Source of the DNA: Mobula hypostoma
Lineage: Eukaryota
Direction of reading: 5' to 3'
DNA length: 64,000 nucleotides
Assembly: GCF_963921235.1 (NCBI RefSeq)
Contig: NC_086108.1
Coordinates: forward strand, 4,836,001-4,900,000
Both the position numbers and the translations under genes were made by a program. Shown here piece by piece: positions 21,639-34,550 of this stretch (position 1 is its first letter; each line of letters opens with the position of its first letter). The notes under the pieces were generated by a model. That model was not told the origin of the DNA. It did no database searches and saw only the letters and a list, made by a program, of their open reading frames with translations.

Positions 21639-22304
21639 TTTCAGACAACAAGACATTGGAGCAGAATTAGGCCGTTTGGCCCATCGAGTCTGCTCCATCA
21701 TTCAATCATGACTGACTTTTATTTCAACCCCATTCTCCAGCCTTCTCCCTGTAACCCGTAACACCCTCACTAATCAAGAACTTATATCTGCTTTAAATAC
21801 ACTCGAGGTTCAAGGTACATTTAATATCAAAATATGGATGCCTTATACAACACTGATGTTATACAACGTCTTCTCCAGATAGCCACAACACAAGCGGCAT
21901 TAACACATCAAAGCCATCCCCCCATGGTTAAAAACAAATCATGCAATTGGGCAATGAAAACATCAACCACCCCCATATGAAAGAAACAAATTGCGCAAAC
22001 AGCAACCCCCATCCCATCCTTCTAAATCCATTAAATACAGGTCCAGAGCTATCAAATGGCCCTGATACATTAAGATTTTCATTCCTGGGATAATTGCTGT
22101 GAAGATACTCGACAGCTTTACTAAAAGACATTACTACAATAAAAAAAATTTACAAGATAGACCATAAAATGCCTTTTTATTTTTTCCATTCATTGTCAAT
22201 GCTTTCAAAACTGTTCCATTACATTCATACACACCAATAATACTGTACCGCTACTACGATTTTTTTATACCCATCTTTTTCCACTTAGTTGGAAATTACT
22301 TATA

Positions 22305-22860
22305 TGACCGTAAGACATATTAGGCCATTCAGCCCATCGACTCTGCTCCACCATTCCATCATTGCTGATTGATATTCCCACTCAACCCCATCCTCCTGCC
22401 TTTGCCCTGTGACCTCTGACACCTTTACCAATCAAGAACCTATCAGCCTCCATTTTAAATATACTCAATGACTTGGCCTGCACAGCCATCTGTGGCAATG
22501 AATTCCACAGAGTCACCACCCACTGAGTGAAGAAATTTCTCCTCATCGCTGTTCTAAAGGGACGTCCCTCTATTCTGAGGCTGTGCTCCCTGGTCCTAGA
22601 CTCACCCACTATGGGAAACATCCTCTCCACGTCCACTCTATCTAGGCCCTTCAATATTTAATAGATTTGAATGAGATCCACCCCTCAGTTTTCTAACTCC
22701 AGGTGAGTACAGGCCCAGAGCCATCCAATGCACCTCATACATTAACCCTTTCATTCTGGAATAATTTTCGTGAACCTCCTCTGGACCCTCTCCAATGCAA
22801 GTACATCTTTTCTTAGATAAGGTAACTAAAACTCTTGACAATACTCTAAGTGCAGTCTGA
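22305..22860 (-). mobile_element. CR1 LINE 3' fragment
   Basis: KGLDRVDVERMFP..TREHSLRI..RRNFFTQWVVTLWNSLP. Confidence 0.9.
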
Positions 22861-23039
22861 GTTTGAATAAATTTGAATGCAAGCACATTTGCCAAAGAGT
22901 GATTACAATAGGTAATACAGTGTATGAATGGAAGGGAGAAGGGCTTAAACTATCAAGCACAATTTTACTGCCGTGGCATCAAGGACAGTCTCATCACCTA
23001 GATGGAGCTGCAGAATTCCTCAGCAGCACTAATCACATT

Positions 23040-23640
23040 CCTTATAGAGGGATCAGAAGTGGAGAGAGTGAGCAATTTCAAGTTCCTGGTGTCAATATCT
23101 CTGAGCACAAAACCTGGACCAAACATATTGATGCAGCTATAAAGAAGGCAAGACAGCAGCTATATTTCATTGGGAGTTTGGAGAAATTTTGTATGTCACC
23201 TAAAACACTCGAAAATTTCTGCAGATGTACTGTGGAGAGCATTCTGACTGGCTGCATCACTGTCTGGTCAAGTAGTGATGCTTCAAGAAGGTGGAGTCCA
23301 TCATTAAGGATCCTACCACCACCCATTCATTGCTACCATCGAGAAGGAGGTTCAGGAGCCTGAAGGCACACACACAGCGGTTCAGGAACAGCTTCTTCCC
23401 CTTCGCCATTCGATTTCTGATTGGACATTGAACCCATGAACACCACCTCAATAATTTTTATTTCTGTTTTTGCACTACTTATTTAATTTAACTATTCGGT
23501 ATACATATATAAAAGGTTGTCACCGAGTGTAATTCACAATTTTCTTTCTCTATTATTATGTATAGCATTGTCTTGCTGTGGCACAGTTAGCAAATTTCAT
23601 GATGTATGCCAGTGATACTAAACCTGATTCTGATATTCCA
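23040..23640 (+). mobile_element. Rex1/Babar-like LINE 3' part
   Basis: WTKHIDAAIKKARQQLYF..FCRCTVESILTGCITVW; (CTGATT)n tail. Confidence 0.85.
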
Positions 23641-23976
23641 AATACCCTTCACCTCCTTTCCTTATTTCAGTTTGCTTTCATCCGGTTCAGCGGCTGCCTC
23701 CATCTCAGCTGCTAATTGGTATCAAATTCAAAAGCTGAGAGCTGTTGAACATGTGCAAACATTGTACTTGCATAAACCAGACAGAATAACTCCAACATGT
23801 GAAGTCAAGCTGATATTGCTGCCGGGAAAGCAATGCCCCCCCCCACCCCCACTGCATCAGGTCTCCTTTACTCAATGCCGTGAAAGCAGAGATGAGCAAG
23901 GTCACTTCCTGTCACCCACTTACAGTCACATTATTCCTGCCTTGGCAGACCTCTGCTGATGACTAACCGAGGTATA

Positions 23977-24033
23977 CACTCAGTGGTTACTTCATTAGGT
24001 CAGGGACGTAACTAATAAAGTTGCCACCGAGTG
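23977..24033. mobile_element. 57-bp Tc1-type MITE
   Basis: TA|CACTCAGTGG..CCACCGAGTG|TA, near-palindromic. Confidence 0.7.
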
Positions 24034-24057
24034 TATTTCTGGATGTTCATGGTCTTA

Positions 24058-24360
24058 CAGAGTCATAGAAAAGTACAGCACAGAAACAGATCATTCAGCC
24101 CATCTAGTCCATGTCGAGCCATTTAAACTGCCTACTCCCATCAACCTGCATTGGGACCATAGCCCTCCATCCCCCTACCATCCACATATCTATCCAAACT
24201 TCTCTTAAACATTGAAATCAAACTCACATGCACCACTCGTGCTGGTAGCTCGTTCCACACTCTCACCAACCTCTGATTAAAGAAGTTTCCCTCGTGTTCC
24301 CCTTTAAACTTTTCACCTTTCACCCTGGACCCATGACCTCTAGTTGTAGTCCCACCCAGT
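24058..24360 (-). mobile_element. CR1 LINE 3' end
   Basis: TTTRGH..NFFNQRLVRVWNELP and CR1 tail. Confidence 0.85.
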
Positions 24361-24361
24361 C

Positions 24362-25416
24362 TCCTGTTACAGTAGTCCATCCACCTCAAGGCTGAACATG
24401 CCGCATGTTCAGAGACACTCATCTACACCCCACTATTGTAATGTGTGGTGATCTAAATGACTGACGACTTCTTGTCAGTTTGAACCATTCTGGCCATTTT
24501 CCTCTGATCTCTATGAGTCTGTGGTGGCCAGTGCGATCATGTTTGCTGTTGTGTGCTGGGGCAGCAGGCTGAGGGTGGCAGACACCAACAGAATCAACAA
24601 ACTCATTCGTAAGGCCAGTGATGTTGTGGGGATGGAACTGGACTCTCTGACAGTGGTGTCTGAAAAGAGGATGCTGTCTAAGTTGCATGCCATCTTGGAC
24701 AATGTCTCCCATCCACTACATAATGTACTGGTTGGGCACAGGAGTACATTCAGCCAGAGAGTCATTCCACCGAGATGCAACACTGAGCGTCATAGGAAGT
24801 CATTCCTGCCTGTGGCCATCAAACTTTACAACTCCTCCCTTGGAGGGTCAGACACCCTGAGCCAATAGGCTGGTCCTGGACTTATTTCATAACTTACTGG
24901 CATAATTTACATATTACTATTTAACTATTTATGGTTCTATTACTATTTATTATTTATGGTGCAACTGTAACAAAAACCATTTTCCCCCGGGATCAATAAA
25001 GTATGACTACGGCTATGACTATTAAAAAGGCATTTTCACCCACTGAACTCCCACCCACTGGAAGTTTTTGTTCCTCGCACCATTCTCAGGGGTTCCCAAT
25101 ACCATTAAACAAGGGGTCTGTAGACTCCTGGTTGGGTACCCCTGCTCTAGAGACTGCTGTGCATGAAAATTCCAGGAATTCAGCAGTTTCTGAGATACTC
25201 AAACCACCCTGTCTGGCACCAACAATCATTTCACAGTTAACATCACTTAAGAAAACATTTCTTCCCTATTCAGAAGTTTGGTCTGAACAACAGCTGAACC
25301 TCTTGACCATGTAGGCATGCTTTAATGCACTGAACTGCTGCCACATGATTGGCTGATTAGATATTTGCATTAACGAGCAGGCGCACAGGTGTACCTAATT
25401 AAGTGGCCACTGAATA
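24362..25416. mobile_element. Decayed Tc1-like element with a Rex-like LINE and a small hAT MITE (25087-25144) inserted
   Basis: Right end gtacctaattaagtggccactgaata matches the TIR of the 57-bp MITE. Confidence 0.6.
24513..25022 (+). mobile_element. Rex1/Babar-like LINE 3' end, (ATGACT)n-tail family
   Basis: ORF 24521-24868 VASAIMFAVVCWG..NKLIRKA..SHPLH..RHRKSFLPVAIKLYN. Confidence 0.85.
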
Positions 25417-25634
25417 TAGATCAGGCTTAAGTCAGATTGGGGCCTAGTGGTTATAGTTTATTCCAGACCCAACATGGCCACAGTCTTTCAACATGTCTAG
25501 TCTAAGCGGTCTGTGCGCCCTACCTACCAGACCTTCCATTCCCGTCTTATTCTCTGCCTGCATAACAGAACCACACCTTACCAAAACCACACAGCTCATG
25601 AACAAAGACAGCAGTTCTCAGGTTGCAACAGAGT

Positions 25635-26320
25635 GTAACGAGAGAGCTCTGGGTGGTGCTGTACCCGAGTGCAGAGTGAGGCCTAGAATATATACACAGA
25701 TAGAGAGGATCACAAAGAGCTTTTGGTAGATTGGCTTTCATATAATCAGAGTACTGAGTACAAGATTTGGGATGTTATGTTGAGGTTGTGTAAGATGTTG
25801 GAATGGCCACATTTAGAATATTGTTTGCAGTTCTGATCACCTACTTACAGGAAAAGTATCAATAAATTGAAAAAGTACAGGGAAAATTTATGAGGATATT
25901 GCCAGCACTTGAAGACCTGAGGTATGGGGCAAAATTGAGTAGGCTGGGACTTTATTCCCTGGAGCAGAGGAGAATGTGAGGGGATTTGATGGAAGGTATA
26001 GGTGGGATAAATGCAAGCAGGATTTTTCCACAGAGATTGGGTGAGACTTGAATAGGTCAAGGGTGAAAGGTGAAATGTTTAAGGGGAACCTGAGGGGCAC
26101 TTCTTCACTCAGAGGGTGGTGCGAGTGCAGAACGAGCTGCCAGGGGAAGTGATCGATGCAGTTCGATTGCAACATTTTAAGAGAAGTTTGGCCACATATA
26201 TGGGAGGGTATGGAGGGCTATACTGTAGTCTGGGTGCAGGTCAAAGGGACTAGACAGAACAATGGGTTGGCATGGACCAGATGGGCTGAAGGGTCTGTTT
26301 CTGTGCTGTAGTGCTCTATT
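25635..26320 (+). mobile_element. CR1 LINE 3' fragment
   Basis: Decayed CR1 ORF2 C-terminus and 3' UTR. Confidence 0.8.
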
Positions 26321-26889
26321 AAACTATATCTAGGCTGAGGACTCTCTGTGCCCTCCTTAGCAGACTCCTTTTCCCAACTTACTCTCTGCCTGCATTTTAA
26401 CCAGGCAGGTAACTACATCTTAACCAAACCTACACAGCTTATGAATACAGGTCACAACAGACTCCCACTCTCGAGAACTGACCATAACCCAAACAGCTTT
26501 TAAGTTAGAAATGAACAAAAGCAGTGTGTGGGAGAGGATCACCGTGTTGGGGAGCAAGCAGGTGCAGGAAGAGTGGCCCAGCCAGCCTTCTCGAGTCAGT
26601 GAGTGAGTGAGCCAGTCAGTTCAGCACTCTCAACACAGCCCGATTGTTGTGGCTTAGGGAGAGAGCGCATGTGGGAATGCCCAGCCAGAAAATCCATCCC
26701 ATCATCCCATCAGTCTCCCGAAAACTCATTCATATATACGGACTGCCCATGAGCCAGGTGTCGGCAACCTGTCCACACAAAGCACAGGTTCGTTTGGGCA
26801 GTCAGGGCCTAGCCACAGGCAGTACATGTGCTAGCAGTGAACCATATTCATGTTTTTCACAGTTAGAGTTAACAGGAATGATTTCTTAA

Positions 26890-27490
26890 CTTTAAGTTCA
26901 AAAGTCAGGAGATTATGTTGCAGCTTTAAAAAAACACTGGTTGGGACCACGTCTGGAGTATTGTACACAGTTCTGGTCGCCCCATTACAGGAAGGATGGT
27001 AAGACTTTGGAGAGGGTGCAGAAGAGGTTTACCAAGATGCTGCCTGCTGTAGAGGGCAAGACAAACTTGGTTTTTTTCCTCTGGAGTGTCAGAGGCTGAG
27101 GAAAGATCTGATAGAGGTTTATAAGATTATGAGAGGCATAGATAGAGTGGACAGAGAGTATCTGTTTCCCAGGGTAGAAATGTCTAATACCAGAGGGCAC
27201 ATATTGAAGGTGAGAGGGGGTAGGTTCAAAGGGGATGTGAGGGGTAAGTTTTTTAACTCAGAAAGTGGTGGATGCCTGGAATGTGCTGCCTGGTCTGGTG
27301 GTAGAGGCAAATATATTAGGGGCTTTTAAGAGACATTTGGATAGGCACATGGATTTCAGGAAGATGGAGGGATATGGACATGGTGTAGGTAGAAGGGATT
27401 AGTGTTTGGGTGTTTTTGATTTACTTTCTAGCTGGTTTGACACAACACTATGGGCCGAATGGCCTGTTCCTGTACTGTATTATGTTGTAA
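26890..27490 (+). mobile_element. CR1 LINE 3' fragment
   Basis: MRGIDRVDREYLFPRVEMSNTRGH. Confidence 0.85.
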
Positions 27491-28026
27491 CTTTAACCAG
27501 ATTACCTGGGAACTTCTACACAGTGAACAGAGGCAAATAACAAAACAGAAGATAAAGATTATTAAAGGTTAGCTTTAATTGTCACATATACATCGAAACA
27601 TACAGTGAAATGTGTTTTTTACATCAACAACCAACACAGTTCAAGGTTGTGCTAAGAACAACCCGCAAATGCCACCACAATGCCAATGTAGCCTATCCAC
27701 AAAACTGTTATGAGAACAACAATGAAGAACCCTACATCTGAGTGTGACAGTATTCCTGAATCTCCACCCGGGACTTGCGTGACTGACAGTAGTGAAAACC
27801 GAGAGGAAGCTACTGACAAGATGAAGGAAGCCCTGAACACCACCAGAGATAGAGGACCTTCATTGCTGCCCTAAATGCCAGTGGCGTAACAGGCGGTAGG
27901 TAGGTACTTTAAACATACAAACAGTTTACAGGCAATAGTCGGAATTGAACCCTAATCAGTGATCACTGATGCTGTAAAGCTCTGGGCTATCCGCTGTGCC
28001 ATTATGCCAGCCTGTCCCATGATTAA

Positions 28027-29215
28027 CACAAGCAACACACACGAAATGCTGAAGGAACTCAGCATTTCAGGCAGCATCTATGGAAAAGTACAGTTGATGT
28101 TTCAGGCCGAAAACCTTTCGTAGGACTGGAGAAATAAAGATGAGGAGTAGATTTAAAAGCTGGGAGGGGAAGGGAAAAAAAAAACACAAGGTGATGGGTG
28201 AAACCGGGATAGGGACAGGTGAAGTTGATTCGTGAAAGAGATACAGGGCTGGAGAAGGGGGAGTACGACAGGACAAAACAGAAGGCCATGGAAGAAAGAA
28301 AAGCGGGGAGACACACCAGAGGGAGGCGATGGGCAGGCAAGGAGATAAGGTGAGAGAGGGAAAGGGGAGAGGGTTCACCAGAAGTTCGAGAAATCAATGT
28401 TCATGCCATCAGGTTGGAGGCTACCCAGATGGAATATAAGGTGTTGTTCCTCCAACCCAAGTGTGGCCTTATCATGACAGTAGAGGAGGCCAGGGATCGA
28501 CAAATGGAAATGGGAATGGGAAGTGGAATTAAAATGGGTGGCCACTGAAAGATTCCACTTCTTCTGGCATAGGGAGCATAGGTGCTCAGCGAAACAGTCT
28601 CCCAATCTATGTCGGGTCTCACCGATATACAGGAGGCCACACCGAGAGCACCGAACACAGTATATGACCCCAATAGACTCACATGTGAAGTGTCGCCTCA
28701 CCTGGAAGGACTGTTTGGGGCCCTGAATGGTAGTGAGGGAGGAGGTGTAGCACTTGTTTCACTTGCGAGGATAAGTGCCAGGAGGGAGATCAGTGGGGAG
28801 GGATGAATGGACAAGGGAGTTATGCAGGGAGTGATCCCTGCAGAAAGCAAAAAGTGGGGAGTGGGGGGTGGGGTCAAGATGTGCTTGGTGGTGGGATCAC
28901 GTTGGAGATGGCAGAAGTTCTGGAGAATTTTATGCTGGATATGGAGGCTGGTGGGGTGGTAGGTCATGACAAGAGGAACCCTATGCCTGGTAGGGTGGTG
29001 GGAGGATGCAGTAAGAGAAGATGTGCATGAAATGGGAGGGATGCGGTTGAGGGCAGTGTTGATAGTGGAGGGGGGGAAGCCCCCTTCTTTGAAAAAGGAG
29101 GACATCTCCTTCGTTCTAGAATGAAAAGCGTGAGAGCAGATGTGGCAGAGATGGAGCAATTGAGAGAAGGCGATGGCGTTTTTACAAGTAACAGGGTGGG
29201 GAGAGGTATAGTACA
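28027..29215 (-). mobile_element. Penelope-like (Neptune-type) retroelement, longest copy: RT-EN linker, GIY-YIG endonuclease, pLTR
   Basis: ORF 28375-28701 GVIYCVRCSRCGLLYIGETRHRLGDCFAEH; ORF 28698-29225 HPVTCKNAIAFSQLLHLCHICS. Confidence 0.92.
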
Positions 29216-29564
29216 TGATTAGCACATTTCATTTAATTTTCCTGATCATCCTCACCGGTCAACACTTTTGCATAGCTTTTGTCAGGCAACTGAGCACAGC
29301 AGAGGCACAGTCAAAAAAGGATACTGCATCTATGTTCAGTGCCACAGTGCCACCTTTGTTCTGGTATCATGTTACTGGCAAGTGTGATGTACAGAACAAA
29401 GTGACAGTATGAGGTTACCCGGCTGTGAATGCACAGCTTTCCTGCTCCTGCTATCTGGTTGCAGCAGCAGAGTTTCCACAGGCACCACATTCCCAAACAG
29501 CTGAACAATTGGGAATGAGTGAGCAAAAACACCTGTAGGTAAGACAGCAGGAGTATGAAGAGCA

Positions 29565-30855
29565 ACAAACACAAAATGTTGGAGGAGGATCTCAGCAGGT
29601 CAGGCGACATCTATGGAGGGGAGCAAACAGTCAACTTGTTGGTCTGAGACCTTTCATCAGGACTGGACAGGAAGAGGAAAGAAGCCCTTCACCCCATCCA
29701 CCACACATTGTCCAGTGATACCCATTTTCACTCCACTTCCTATTCCCATTCTGGCATGGTCATCCACAGCCTTTCTATAGCCACGATGAAGCCACTATCA
29801 TATAGTGACACCTCAAATTCTGTCTGGGTAGCTTCCAAACTGATGGCTTGAACATTGATATCTCTAACTTCTAGATATTTCTCCCCTCCCCCATCTTCTC
29901 TCTCTCAATTCTCTATTCTGGTTCCCTTCTTACCCTTTTTCCTTCTCCTCACCTGCCCATCACCTTCCTCCTCTCCCATCAGATCCCTTTCTCCCACGGT
30001 CCATTCTCCCCTCCTATCAGACTGCATCCTCCCATGGTCCACTATCCTCTCCAATCAGATTTCATCCTTCCATCCACTATCCTCTCCTCTTAGATTCCAT
30101 CCTCCCATGGTCCACTATCCTCTCCCATCAGATTCCTTTCTCCCACGGTCCATTCTCCCATCCTATCAGACTCCATCCTCCCATGGTCCACTATTCTCTC
30201 CTCTCAGATTTCTTTCTCCCATGGTCCAGTATCCTCTCCTCTCAGTTTCCTTTCTCCCACAGTCCATTCTCCTCTCCTATCAGACTCCATCCTCCCATGG
30301 TCCACTATCCCCTCCTATCAGGCTCCAGATACTCATGGTCCAACTATCCTCTCCTCTCAGATTCCTTTCTCCCATGGTCCACTATCCTCTCCTCTCAGAT
30401 TCCTTCTCCCATGGTCCACTATCCTCTCCCATCAGATTCTTTTCTCCCATGGTCCACTATCCTCTCCCATCAGATTCTTTTCTCCCATGGTCCACTATCC
30501 TCTCCCATCAGATTCCTTTCTCCTATGGTCCACTATCCTCTCCCATCACATTCCTTTCTCCCATGGTCCACCCTCCTTCTCCTATCAGATTCCTTCTCCC
30601 ATGGTCCACTATCCTCTCCTCTAAGATACCTTCCTCCCATGGTCTTTTTCTCCGCTGATTTCAAATCCCTTCCTCCCATGGTCCACCCTCCTTTCGTATC
30701 AGATTCCTTCTTCTTCAACCTATCCACCTATCACCTTTGTACTTCATCTCCTCTCCCCACCCTCCATCCCGCTCACCTGGTCTCACCCATCAACAACCAT
30801 TTCCCCCTACCCCAGCTTCTTAGTCTGGCTTCTCCTTCCTGCCTTTCCAGCCCCA
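29565..30855 (+). mobile_element. Penelope-like 3' end with inverted 5' pLTR piece (29565-29685) and internal minisatellite
   Basis: Inverted pLTR, then a decayed GIY-YIG C-terminus, then pLTR. Confidence 0.78.
29972..30710 (+). repeat. 38-bp minisatellite, about 19 degenerate copies
   Basis: Unit ~ATGGTCCACTATCCTCTCCCATCAGATTCTTTTCTCCC; period 38 (30183/30221, 30449/30487). Confidence 0.92.
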
Positions 30856-30857
30856 AT

Positions 30858-30965
30858 TGATTAGATAGATAGCTAGAAAGATAGAGAGAGATAAAGATAG
30901 AGAAAAAGATAGAGAGATGGAGAGAGATATAGATTGAGAGATAGATAGATAGACAGGTAGATAGG
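30858..30965. repeat. (GATA)n/(GA)n microsatellite
   Basis: Seen directly. Confidence 0.85.
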
Positions 30966-31528
30966 TACGTTCCCCCATGCCCACATGGAATAACGTACAA
31001 ATAACATGGGTATAGAATATGGATTTGAGATATCTGTTCTAGTGTGCACTGTCTGGCTAAATCGGAATTCTCCACGGAACAGAGTTGGAATGCAGATAAA
31101 GATAATTGCAGTGAAAAGTCAGCATCATTGCAGACTGGAGAAATTTACAGTCTCGTTAAGCAATATGTCCTCTCATGACTGATTCAGAGAATCCCCAAAT
31201 CTTGTCAGCATCCAGAATGAATGACTAACAGGCTGACAGTCTAAACACTCAGTTCTCTCTCGGCCACATATACTTCCTCCCAAAAGTGGTGAATATTAAT
31301 TTCCTATACTGCAGGAGTAGTCCCTCTGGAACAGAATTTCACTGCTTGTTAACTGCTTTGGAATGTGTGCCTTTAAGAATGATTTTTTTTCCCCCTTGGG
31401 AGTCCTTTGGTGAAGACACACAAATGTTCAATTGCAAGTTCAAGTTTGTCAGTCAACAATATGCATGTATACAAAAAGGAAAACGAAAAGGTGTTCCTCT
31501 GGTGCCAAGGCACAAAACAAAGGACATA

Positions 31529-32760
31529 CAGTCACACACAACACATAGAGTTACCACAGGGAAAACAGTCACACACAACACATAGAGTTACCACAGGGAA
31601 AACAGTCACACACAACACATAGAGTTACCACAGGGAAAACAGTCACACACAACACATAGAGTTACCACAGGGAAATACAGTCACACACAACACATAGAGT
31701 TACCACAGGGAAAACAGTCACACACAACACATAGAGTTACCACAAGGAAAACAGTCACACACAACACATAGAGTTACCGCAGGAAAACAGTCACACACAA
31801 CACATAGAGTTACCGCAGGAAAACAGTCACACACAACACATAGAGTTACCACAGGGAAAACAGTCACACACAACACATAGAGTTACCACAGGGAAAACAG
31901 TCACACACAACACATAGAGTTACCACAGGGAAATACAGTCACACACAACACATAGAGTTACCACAGGGAAAACAGTCACACACAACACATAGAGTTACCA
32001 CAAGGAAAACAGTCACACACAACACATAGAGTTACCGCAGGAAAACAGTCACACACAACACATAGAGTTACCACAGGGAAAACAGTCACACACAACACAT
32101 AGAGTTACCACAAGGAAAACAGTCACACACAACACATAGAGTTACCGCAGGAAAACAGTCACACACAACACATAAGAGTTACCACGGGGAAATACAGTCA
32201 CACACAACACATAGAGTTACCACAGGGAAAACAGTCACACACAACACATAGAGTTACCACAAGGAAATACAGTCACACACAACACATAGAGTTACCACAG
32301 GGAAAATAGTCACACACAACACATAGAGTTACCACAGGGAAAACAGTCACACACAACACATAGAGTTACCACAAGGAAATACAGTCACACACAACACATA
32401 GAGTTACCACAGGGAAAACAGTCACACACAACACATAGAGTTACCACAGGGAAAACAGTCACACACAACACATAGAGTTACCACAAGGAAATACAGTCAC
32501 ACACAACACATAAGAGTTACCACGGGGAAAACAGTCACACACAACACATAGAGTTACCACAGGGAAAACAGTCACACACAACACATAGAGTTACCACAGG
32601 GAAAACAGTCACACACAACACATAGAGTTACCACGGGGAAAACAGTCACACACAACACATAGAGTTACCACAGGGAAAACAGTCACACACAACACATAGA
32701 GTTACCGCAGGGAAAACAGTCACACACAACACATAGAGTTACCGCAGGGAAAACAGTCAC
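31529..32760 (+). repeat. 37-bp minisatellite, about 33 near-identical copies
   Basis: Unit CAGTCACACACAACACATAGAGTTACCACAGGGAAAA; units start at 31529, 31566, 31603. Confidence 0.98.
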
Positions 32761-33569
32761 AAAATAATTTCAGCACATATCCTTGAGTGGCACGGCCTAC
32801 AGGTTGATGGTGCATGGCCTGGAGCTGCATATCTGGAAGAACAAGCACTATGTGCCTCAGGGCTCACACCACCAGGTTCAGGAACAGTTACTACCCCTCA
32901 ACCATCAGGCTCTTTAACCAGAGGGGTTAACTTCACACAACCCATCATTGAAATGTTCCTATGACCAAAGGACTTACTTTCAAGGACTCTTCATCTCATG
33001 TCCTCAATATTTATCGCTCTTTTTCCTCTTGGTTTTTGCATTTGCACAGCTGGTTGATTTTTGCACACTGGTTGCTTGCCCGTCATGTAGGGTGCAGTTT
33101 TTCATTAATTCTATAGTGGTTCTTGAACTTACCATGATAGCCTGCAAGAAAATGAATCTCAGGGTTGTATATGGTGACATATATCTATGTATTTTGATAA
33201 TAAATTTACTTTGAACTTTGAACACATATGAAATGCTGGAGGAACTTGGCAGGTCAGGCAATATTTATGGATAGGAATAAACAGTCGATAGTTTTGGGCC
33301 AAGACCCTTCATCCTTCAACATTGACCATTTCCATTTCCCGCCCCCCCACTCTAAACCTTCCCTTCTAAATATGGAGCAAATATGGACTTCATAGAGGCC
33401 AAATGTCAGCTCTCAAACACCTCCTCATACACCACAAACAGATCAGTCAATATGAAGCCATTGTCCCCAGTCACATTTCCTTGAGAGATTTTTTCTCCAT
33501 AGTTCTCTGTATGCTTCTTCCACCTCCTTGCCTAGATCCACAAGAAGCACTGATTGACTCTTTCACTAG

Positions 33570-34445
33570 GTGGACAGAGGTGGAGAGGGTCAGTCACTTT
33601 AAATTCCTTAGCATCAATATATCAGAGTTCCTTCTCAAAGGAAGTGCCATCTCAAAGAAAGTACAATAGCACCTCTACTTTGCAGAGATATAGCACGTTA
33701 TCAAAAACTTTGGCATACTTTACAGATACACAGTGGAGAGTATCCTAACTGGTTGCAGCACATCCTGGTGTGGAAACACCATTGCCCAAGAACAGAAAAG
33801 TCTACAGAAAGTGGCGGATACTGCCCACTACATGACAAACGAAACACTCCCCACTTCTGAGTACATTTACAAAGAGCACTGCATTTACAAGAGAGCAGCA
33901 TCCTTCATCAAAAACCCCCACCATCCAAGTCATGTTCTCTCCTCACTACAACCATCGGGCACAAGGTACTGGAGCCTTAGGTCCCACATCACCAGGTTCA
34001 GGAACAGCATTTAACTTACTTATAGGAATCAGCTACACGAGATGTTTTGTTGATAAAGATGACCCAGGAATGATAAGCAGCAAGCAGTTAACAGCTGCAA
34101 GTCAGGATAAACAGAGGGAAATTGGCGAACAAGAGAGATCCTACAACCATGTATCCTGATCCGGCATGCATAACTTCACTCACCACAACTCTGAACTGAT
34201 TCCATAACCTACTTTCAAGGACTCTAGGACTCTATAACTCATGTTCTCAGTATTATTTTTACTTGAACAGTTTGTCTTCTTTTGCACATTGGTTGTTTTT
34301 GTCAGTCTGTCTGTTCACGTATAGGTTTTCCTCAATTCTATTGCATATCTTTCTTTATCCTGTAAATGCCCGCAAGAAAATGAATCTCACAGTAGTCTGT
34401 GGTAACATATACATACTTTTCATAATAATTTGCTTTGAATTTTGA
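33570..34445 (+). mobile_element. Rex1/Babar-like LINE 3' part, interrupted near 34015-34165
   Basis: EVERVSHFKFL; ESILTGCSTSWCGN..RFRNS. Confidence 0.8.
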
Positions 34446-34550
34446 ACCTTCTAATCTACTGTATGGTATTTGGTGTTCATGATGAGAACTCCTCGCAAAG
34501 GAGAAAGAGAGACTGGGAGACCGCTTTGCAAAGTACACCCTTTCCTTATA

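Noticed and set aside
29855..30860. 267-aa and 225-aa Pro/Ser-rich ORFs
   Set aside because: Translation of a stop-poor 38-bp tandem repeat cycling through frames
31529..32760. CRISPR-like array (37-bp period)
   Set aside because: Units are contiguous with no unique spacers, there are no cas genes, and the context is vertebrate; it is a minisatellite
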